From contig CAWHXY010000004.1 in the NCBI GenBank assembly GCA_963833575.1, forward strand, positions 1,056,001 to 1,120,000: DNA of 64,000 nt, read 5' to 3'. Below the pieces are notes generated by a model. It was not told where the DNA came from. It was given only the letters and a program-made list of their open reading frames with translations, and ran no database searches. Positions 57,452 to 64,000 of this stretch are shown one piece after another (the stretch's first letter is position 1; each line of letters starts with the position of its first letter). Both the position numbers and the translations under genes were made by a program. This DNA comes from Candidatus Bathyarchaeota archaeon. Its GTDB lineage: Archaea; Thermoproteota; Bathyarchaeia; Bathyarchaeales; Bathycorpusculaceae.

Positions 57452-60157
57452 TTAGCCGAGAAACCTTTCAAGCTTAGTTAAGCCAATAATTTCGTCAAAA
57501 CTTAAGCCTAACGCATCAAGAACTTGATCAAAAGTCGCACGCAAATAAGCGATATACTTGTCAACATCAACTTCATTTCTAGAAGTTAATTCAACAGGTT
57601 TCACATGCGGTTCTCGAATAACCTTAACAAAACTAATCAAATCGCCAGTATGCAGCTCTTTTCCGCTTTCTTGAAGGATTCTTGCAGCTTTCACATGTTG
57701 AGGCGTTGTCTTAGTATAACTTGCAAGTTCATCTCCCAGTGCTACATGGAATGCAAGCTCATTAATGTCAGCCCATTCGCGTCGTTTTAGCCGAGTGTGT
57801 CGTTCCTGAATGATTTTGGCAATTTCTTTTCTTGCATTTTCGAAATCAGATGGAGATTTAACCCTTGCAAGACTGTCTTTCATTTTGTTAAAAGCTTCTT
57901 TTATGAAGATTGGAATATGTTTTTTCTTACCCGTCAAACCTTTTACATCTACAGTGCCGTCTTCCAAAACGCCAAGGTAGTTCTTTTTTCGCGAGCTAAA
58001 GACTGCATATCGATAGACTTTGTCAACATCGATGCCCATATTCAATTCATGCTCGGTGTAGCGGACAACTTCCTCTATCTGTTCTTTAGAAGGGTTTTTG
58101 AGAAAAAGGCTGTCGGTGTCGCCGTAGAGAACTTTTATGCCTACCGATTCAGAATGCTTGAGTATTTGGGTAATAGAGTACCTGCCGATGGCTGCTGTTG
58201 CTTCAGCTACCGGGGGACAGTAAAGGTCGAAGCTGTCTGCGCCAAAGACTCCGTAACTTGCATTCAAAATGACTTTAAGTGCTCCTTGGGTAGTGTTGTA
58301 CCAGCTTCTAAGTTCGGGCGATAGGGTTTTGTCCTTTGATCGCTGTTTATACCATTTCACCCGCAAATCTCGCAGCGAACCTATGAGTAAACTCTCTAGT
58401 GCCCGCTTTTCAGTGCACACCCAATGCTGCGTGTCAGGAATTGTGTGGACTTTGCAGCCGTGGTGTTGGCAATCAATTGACTGATAGCCGAGGTTCCAGA
58501 CTTTGATAATAGATGGATACAGACTCGGGAAGTCCATGACCGCGACGTTAAAGTGCACACCAGGTGTTGGTTCGACTACTATGGCGCCTTTGTATTTTTT
58601 GCCTTTTATTACAGCGGTGGTGGAGGTTTTGCCTTTTTTTGTTAAAATATCTTCTGCGTTTGGTATGAGCATGTTTCTTTTTCGGTGTTCACGATGCATG
58701 AAGTTGCGGATCCAGCGGCTTACACCCTGGCGGCTTACATCTTCCATGGGCATGCTGCTAATTCTTGTAAGCACAAGCATCAGTTTCATTGCTGAATCGT
58801 CATCAAAACTAGTTAGTTTGAAAGTAATTTCTGAATCTCGAAGGCAATAGGCTGCAAGCTCAGAGTAAGTTAGATCTCCAAAGGCTTTTTCTAAATGAAT
58901 TTTTTGGACGCCTAAAAGCGCATTGCCCACATCGTCTAGGCTTACGTCTTTGTAGCGACCGCCGTAAGCGTAGATTTGAACTGACCTGTTGAAGAAAAAC
59001 TTGTATAGATCTATGTGGACACCGTATTTTAGAAGGCAGACCCGTTTACCGACCTCTATTGGAATTTCGCTTCTTCTAAAGCCCAGATTCATAGCTCGAT
59101 GGGTAAGGTAGCGGAGGTCAAAGTCGTCTCCATTGAAAGTTAAAATAAACGGGTAATCCGAGAGCACTGCAAATGTTTTTTTAAGTAAGTCTTCTTCGGT
59201 TTCGCAATATTCGACATCTACGTCTGCTGCCAGATGTTGGTTGCCTTCTCGCAGACCTTCACGCTTGAGAATTAACACTTTTTTTTCACCATCTGAACTG
59301 TAAACTGACACTGCGATTACTGGGCAAGCTCCTTCTCGAGCGTCAGGCATTCTGGTGGATAGCGGTGAATATACTTCTATGTCTATGGCAGCTCTGCGGA
59401 ACTTTGGGGCAGGATACTCTAAGAGTTTTGCCCACATTTCAGCAAAGTCTCGTTCTTCATCTGTGCAGTCGTTGAAGAGAGTTTTTATTTTGTTCAGGTT
59501 TTCTGTGGCTTCTTCAAGCACTTTTGGAACTAAATTGCCGTCTTTAACCTCATAAATCATGCCTGGCAAAAGTTGACGGTCATAGATGTACGATTGATAG
59601 TACTTTATTTTTGACTCCCAAACTTTAGTATCGCTATCCTCTATTCTGCATCCGCAAACAATGGGGTAATCTTCAGGAATTATATCTCTGATTGTGCCAG
59701 CTGGTCTTCCCCCAATTGCTAAAGGATCTTTTGTGGTGATTTTGACAAGGTCAATAACTTTGTTTTCCAAAGGGTCAAACTTTTTTATTTTTTCAAAAGC
59801 GTAGAAACCTTCATGTTTTACTATTCGATCAAATTTCCTCAATTTTTCTATTGTCAAGTTGGTTAAACAGTATGGTTTGTGGCCTGTGTTATCATACCAA
59901 AAGTATATTTCGCCTGATTCAGGCTCATAAAGCTTGATAATTGCTTTCTTTTGACGCCCATCATAAGAGGCTGAAACAAAATATGATGGTGGCAGATTAT
60001 CGGGCGCTATGGGTGGAAAAGCCCGAGTTTTCTTAGTTTTTTTTGGTTCAACTTTAGCAGTAAGAGGGGATGAAGGAGCTGGAGCTACCGCTTTAGCCTG
60101 TTCTTTTACTACAGGTTTAGCTTGCTCACTGCAGTAGTCTAAAAGAGTTCGCGCCAT
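57452..60157 (-). CDS. polB1: Family B DNA polymerase (PolB1 type)
   Basis: DIEV exo I, FNGDDFD, DFPSLYPS, KVILNASYG, YGDTDS, KKNY; ATG 60157 (MARTLLDY) is preferred. Confidence 0.93.
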   Translation of the reverse strand: MARTLLDYCSEQAKPVVKEQAKAVAPAPSSPLTAKVEPKKTKKTRAFPPIAPDNLPPSYFVSASYDGRQKKAIIKLYEPESGEIYFWYDNTGHKPYCLTNLTIEKLRKFDRIVKHEGFYAFEKIKKFDPLENKVIDLVKITTKDPLAIGGRPAGTIRDIIPEDYPIVCGCRIEDSDTKVWESKIKYYQSYIYDRQLLPGMIYEVKDGNLVPKVLEEATENLNKIKTLFNDCTDEERDFAEMWAKLLEYPAPKFRRAAIDIEVYSPLSTRMPDAREGACPVIAVSVYSSDGEKKVLILKREGLREGNQHLAADVDVEYCETEEDLLKKTFAVLSDYPFILTFNGDDFDLRYLTHRAMNLGFRRSEIPIEVGKRVCLLKYGVHIDLYKFFFNRSVQIYAYGGRYKDVSLDDVGNALLGVQKIHLEKAFGDLTYSELAAYCLRDSEITFKLTSFDDDSAMKLMLVLTRISSMPMEDVSRQGVSRWIRNFMHREHRKRNMLIPNAEDILTKKGKTSTTAVIKGKKYKGAIVVEPTPGVHFNVAVMDFPSLYPSIIKVWNLGYQSIDCQHHGCKVHTIPDTQHWVCTEKRALESLLIGSLRDLRVKWYKQRSKDKTLSPELRSWYNTTQGALKVILNASYGVFGADSFDLYCPPVAEATAAIGRYSITQILKHSESVGIKVLYGDTDSLFLKNPSKEQIEEVVRYTEHELNMGIDVDKVYRYAVFSSRKKNYLGVLEDGTVDVKGLTGKKKHIPIFIKEAFNKMKDSLARVKSPSDFENARKEIAKIIQERHTRLKRREWADINELAFHVALGDELASYTKTTPQHVKAARILQESGKELHTGDLISFVKVIREPHVKPVELTSRNEVDVDKYIAYLRATFDQVLDALGLSFDEIIGLTKLERFLG

Positions 60158-60308
60158 CCCCAATGTGACCTTAGCTTTCCTATGGCGCAAGGAGACTAAA
60201 ATCTTTACTTACTAAAAATTCTAAATTTACCTTTTGATTACAAGATCAAAATACGCATTTAAAGATGAAATAATTCATAACTATTTGATAAATTTTGATG
60301 TTATGATC

Positions 60309-60455
60309 TTATGCCGTTCGAAGAAAAGGCTCATGCATCGTTTGGATGTGGTTGTTAACCTCTTTTTTGCCATCGAAGATTTTGCCACACTCTGCGCACA
60401 TATATTGTCCTGCTTTGGTTTGAGAGGTACTTCGACGTTTAACCGTTTGACTCAT
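60309..60455 (-). CDS. Small C2H2 zinc-finger protein
   Basis: Not in ORF track (48 aa): MSQTVKRRSTSQTKAGQYMCAECGKIFDGKKEVNNHIQTMHEPFLRTA; YxCxxCGKxF-x8-H-x4-H. Confidence 0.7.
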   Translation of the reverse strand: MSQTVKRRSTSQTKAGQYMCAECGKIFDGKKEVNNHIQTMHEPFLRTA

Positions 60456-60770
60456 TAACTATCATCCTAAATTAGATAAGAGAAGAAAAAAGTTGCATAA
60501 ACTAATTTGTGCGGACATTTCATTACGCACTTTATTAGTTTTTATGTTCTTTCCCCTCAATTAGTTCCCAACGGCGTGTTCCAACTTTCACTATCCATTT
60601 ACCCAGCTTCAGGTACCGACATTTTTCCTCCTTCTTAATTTCGTCTTCTTGACAAACCCTTTACCTCTCATTTTAAGAGCTTAAAATAAGGGCTATTTCC
60701 ATGAAGTTACGCTCTCCACTTTTGAATTCTTATTTAGAAGCACTACCTCTTTTCTATTGCGTGAAAATTA

Positions 60771-62117
60771 TTGCTGAAAGATGCCTGGACAATCGCGATT
60801 GAAACCCTAAGCTGGATGGATATGCAAAAACTAAGCGAACGCTTAGCCTTAGCAAGAACCGTCAAGCAACTCGGCGCAAAAGATCCAAACGCAATACGCT
60901 ATGCATACGGTTTAGTCGTTGAGACTACAAGACGCAGAAACCTCATAGATAAATTCGTCAACACGGTAGTGGCGCCTAAAAAAATCGGCGAGTACAGTTT
61001 AGGCATCCAATCTTTTTTGAGACTTTATGTTTACCAAACACGTGTTACCAAGAACTGGATTAAGATTAATTTGCAAGAAGCAACTCATGTCGCTAGTTTA
61101 GGCAGAGCAATTTTGGGATGGGAAACTCTTCGTGAAATTGAGCCGTTCTTGGGCTTTTTCCTAACTCAACAGCTGAAGCCTATCTTGGCAGGGGCAAACG
61201 ATGTGGAGAAAGTTAGTTTGGAAACTTTTCATCCTTCTTGGTTTGTCAAGTATTGTTATAAGCTCATGGGACGAGACCAAGCCATCGCTTTTCTTGAAGG
61301 CAGTGTAACTCCGCCGCCAACGTACATCAGACTCAATACGCTGGCTGCAACAGAAGAAGCAATCTTGCAAAAAATCGATGCCGAAGGCGTTAAACTAGAA
61401 AAAGCTCAGTCCTTAAAATACACTTACAAAATCGCGGAAATGAAGCAGCCATTAAACACTTTGTCCAGCTACAAAGAAGGTTTATTATATATCCAAGATA
61501 AAGCAAGCTGCTTCGCCGCAGAAGCCGCAAATCCCAAACCAGGTAACACGGTTTTTGATATTTGTGCTGCCCCAGGCGCTAAAACGACTTATTTGGCTCA
61601 ATTAATGCAAAATGATGGCGCGATTTATTCGGTAGATTTCTCAAATAGACGAATGAAAGTATGGAAAAAAGAGACAGCTCGCATGGGCATCAAGATTGCC
61701 TGGCCACTAATAGCGGATGCCTGCGGTGCTTTGCCATTTAACATGCAGGCAGATTTGGTGATTTTGGACCCGCCATGTACAAGTACAGGTATCTTTGCCA
61801 AGCAGCCTTCAGCTAAATGGCGCCTTAGACCCAAATCGGTGGAGAAGATGGCTGCTATTCAATGGCGAATGATTAACAATTGCGCAGAAAAAGTTGCAGC
61901 AGGAGGAGTATTAACTTATTCTACATGTAGCATAACAGTGGAAGAGAACGAAATGATCATTGAGCGGTTTCTGAAGGTGCATCCTGAATTCACGTTAGCC
62001 GAAATGGAGCCTAAAATCGGGTTACCTGGACTAAATGAACTAACAAAATGCCAAAGACTCTACCCACACCTACATCAATGTAACGGCTTTTTTATAGCGA
62101 AACTGCAAAAAGTATAA
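60771..62117 (+). CDS. RsmB/NOL1/NOP2 family RNA m5C methyltransferase with NusB-like N-terminus
   Basis: IQDKAS, DICAAPGAKT, DPPCTSTG, YSTCS..EENE, GFFIAKL. Confidence 0.92.
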   Translation: MLKDAWTIAIETLSWMDMQKLSERLALARTVKQLGAKDPNAIRYAYGLVVETTRRRNLIDKFVNTVVAPKKIGEYSLGIQSFLRLYVYQTRVTKNWIKINLQEATHVASLGRAILGWETLREIEPFLGFFLTQQLKPILAGANDVEKVSLETFHPSWFVKYCYKLMGRDQAIAFLEGSVTPPPTYIRLNTLAATEEAILQKIDAEGVKLEKAQSLKYTYKIAEMKQPLNTLSSYKEGLLYIQDKASCFAAEAANPKPGNTVFDICAAPGAKTTYLAQLMQNDGAIYSVDFSNRRMKVWKKETARMGIKIAWPLIADACGALPFNMQADLVILDPPCTSTGIFAKQPSAKWRLRPKSVEKMAAIQWRMINNCAEKVAAGGVLTYSTCSITVEENEMIIERFLKVHPEFTLAEMEPKIGLPGLNELTKCQRLYPHLHQCNGFFIAKLQKV

Positions 62118-62127
62118 GAACGAAAAA

Positions 62128-62709
62128 TCAATCTGTCGACCCAAAATCTCCAAGCGTTCTCTGTGGCGTTTCTTTAGCGAATAATGGGTAGGTTATTTGT
62201 GTGCCTTCCACATGAGCCATCTCGCTAAGCTGGTGGTTTAGGCAGCTGTTTGAACTAATAATATGTTGTACTTTTATGCGCCGAACCACGAGGGCGTCGG
62301 AGATGAGGCTTCGGTGGCATCGCCAGGGAAGGGCTTCAGCGCACATTAATGCCAGACAGTTTTCCCGAGCAAGTGCAACGATTTTTAATAGGTTGTCGGT
62401 GAACTCTTGGGTTTGCATGTAGTCTGCGTAGCCGCGGAAGCCCAGGTTTTTCCATGCCAAGTTTATGGAGTCATGTTTGGGTCTGCGTAGGCCGCCGATT
62501 TCTGGTATGTGGATGTATTTTATGTTATAGGTTTTGAGTGTGTTTGGTAGGGTTTCTTTGTTAAATTGTGGGTTGTGTCGGCTTCTTGGCACAGTTCGCA
62601 CATCCACTAACAATGTGACGCCGTAAATTTTTAGTAACTCAACAAACTCGTTCATGGTTCTTATGGAGTGACCGATCGTGAAAACAGTTAATTGACGATC
62701 CTTTGCCAA
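62128..62709 (-). CDS. DUF488 family protein
   Basis: TIGHS, VDVRTVP.SR, LMCAE..WRCHR; TTG 62709 is preferred. Confidence 0.85.
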   Translation of the reverse strand: MAKDRQLTVFTIGHSIRTMNEFVELLKIYGVTLLVDVRTVPRSRHNPQFNKETLPNTLKTYNIKYIHIPEIGGLRRPKHDSINLAWKNLGFRGYADYMQTQEFTDNLLKIVALARENCLALMCAEALPWRCHRSLISDALVVRRIKVQHIISSNSCLNHQLSEMAHVEGTQITYPLFAKETPQRTLGDFGSTD

Positions 62710-62794
62710 ATAGGGCCCTTCAGACAGTGATAATGCGTTATTAAAATATAAGATTTCAACAAATCTTGGTGCGGGGATGGTAAACCAGCGTCTC

Positions 62795-63073
62795 TTACGC
62801 AGGTTCAATCGTTGCTTCTAACGGACAGCCTGCTAGGCTTGTTTTTTCATCCTGAAAGAGGCTTAGAATCAACTTTGAAACAGTTATACGTCCATCTTTA
62901 CGCATTTTTGCATAAAAAAACTGCCAGCCCTTATGCAAACCCAAAAAATTTATTCCAGCCTTCAGCGCCTGGTCACTTTCCATTTTAAAACGCCACCGTA
63001 CCAACTTTGGAATCTGCACAGTATTTTTGCTCTGAAGATTCACAGTAAAAGTTACTTTCTCAGTAAGGGGCAT
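62795..63073 (-). CDS. AbrB/MazE/SpoVT-like DNA-binding protein (duplicated swapped-hairpin)
   Basis: LQSKNTVQIPKLVR and MRKDGRITVSKL, two AbrB-like repeats. Confidence 0.65.
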   Translation of the reverse strand: MPLTEKVTFTVNLQSKNTVQIPKLVRWRFKMESDQALKAGINFLGLHKGWQFFYAKMRKDGRITVSKLILSLFQDEKTSLAGCPLEATIEPA

Positions 63074-63110
63074 ACAGATTCTTGCATCTAAACAATACTT
63101 AAGCCTTTAG

Positions 63111-63180
63111 AAACGCAAAACAACGCCAATCAACGCAGAAAAACGCATAAACACCCGCCCCAACGCAGAACAACGCAAAA
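63111..63180. repeat. 10-bp-period tandem repeat (consensus MAACGCARAA, 7 units)
   Basis: aaacgcaaaa caacgccaat caacgcagaa aaacgcataa acacccgccc caacgcagaa caacgcaaaa; 6 of 7 units keep AACGC in phase. Confidence 0.85.
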
Positions 63181-63354
63181 ACCCCTAACCTGCAAATACA
63201 TCAAACCCCAAACCAAAAAAGCAACCCAAACCACAAAGAACAAAATTTGCCCGACAAATTTTTTCTAAGCGAGCTATCAGTCTGCCATTTTTAAGTAGAT
63301 ACTTCTGTTTAAGGGAGCTAAAATAAATTCTTCCTGTTTTAAGTGAGTCTTGAG

Positions 63355-63528
63355 CTATCTGCGCTTAGGCAGTGGCTTAACTTCAACATCTATCGGCAAC
63401 AATGAAAGTTTTCTACTGCATTTTGGACATTTTCCGCCATTTTCAGAAATAATTTCATCTGGAGGCTTAAGTTCATTGCCTTCGTATAATACGTGAGAGC
63501 ATCCGTGACAAATAACACGTTGTGGCAA
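63355..63528 (-). CDS. Small CxxC...CxxC zinc-ribbon protein
   Basis: Not in ORF track (57 aa): MPQRVICHGCSHVLYEGNELKPPDEIISENGGKCPKCSRKLSLLPIDVEVKPLPKRR; gagga RBS. Confidence 0.75.
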   Translation of the reverse strand: MPQRVICHGCSHVLYEGNELKPPDEIISENGGKCPKCSRKLSLLPIDVEVKPLPKRR

Positions 63529-63677
63529 CCCAAATCCTCGTCTAATTACAGGTCATGGCATATTTATTGATTGCTTAAAAGTCAGCCAGTAACTGAACCA
63601 GAGTCTGCAAGGCTGCAACTGAATAAAGCTTATTTTAACAGGAAGATTATTTGGAGTGTTAAGTGTGATTCAAGGCT

Positions 63678-64000
63678 TTGGCAAAATACACCTTAATAAT
63701 AACTGAAAAACCTGACGCCGCAAATCGAATAGCCGACGCTTTGGACGAGAATGGACATGCCAAAAAAATGTTTGATAGCGGGGTTCCATTTTACCAAGCA
63801 TTTAGAAACGGAGAAATAGTTGTTGTTCCCGCTCTTGGACATTTATACACGGTGGCAAGCAAAGACAAAACCAAACGTGATTACCCAATTTTTGAATATC
63901 AATGGGTTCCACGCTATTTAGCTGAACGAGGAGCATCAAAGATTCGTACTTGGCTAAAAGTAATTGCTAAACTAGCAAGTGATGCCGAAAAATTTGTGGA
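63678..64000 (+). CDS. topA: DNA topoisomerase IA (5' part; runs off window end)
   Basis: MAKYTLIITEKPDAANRIADAL...VPALGHLY TOPRIM N-terminus. Confidence 0.9.
   Translation, partial: MAKYTLIITEKPDAANRIADALDENGHAKKMFDSGVPFYQAFRNGEIVVVPALGHLYTVASKDKTKRDYPIFEYQWVPRYLAERGASKIRTWLKVIAKLASDAEKFV

Noticed and set aside
60536-60671. Possible tiny - strand ORFs (MRGKGFVKKTKLRRRKNVGT; ...CQEDEIKKEEKCRYLKLGKW...)
   Set aside because: One is only 20 aa and the other lacks a credible start codon; no family is recognised

Overview
Archaeal chromosomal window of roughly 40% GC. It is probably TACK/Bathyarchaeia, inferred from family B1 DNA polymerase, thermosome, prefoldin, AglB, a PEF-CTERM protein, a PQQ-propeller surface protein and frequent TTG starts. 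The left ~34 kb is an unusual cofactor/envelope island. It holds late cobamide genes (cbiB, cobD, cobZ, cobT, two cobS, two cobY), four B12-binding radical SAM enzymes in two paralog pairs, three DUF71/diphthine-ammonia-ligase-family ATPases, a methyltransferase, a SPASM radical SAM, glycosyltransferases, and a DGGGP synthase next to a tetraether-synthase homolog. Inside this island is an unannotated ~130-nt element present twice (10043-10173 and 14255-14379). It is built from tandem, covarying AAG/CTT-rich hairpins with a shared loop motif. One copy also encodes an intact 53-aa Ser/Thr/Cys-rich peptide with three repeated cores, so it may be a structured ncRNA and/or a RiPP precursor. The right ~30 kb is mostly housekeeping: nfo, ECF module, DHH, prefoldin, Sua5, thermosome, ThyA, MoeA x2, SpeB, AglB/AglH, PolB1, RsmB-family and topA. 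It also contains several small genes missed by the ORF track and a 10-bp-phased repeat array upstream of an AbrB-like gene. No rRNA, tRNA, CRISPR array or transposase was recognised. All functional calls come from motif recognition by eye; no searches were run.
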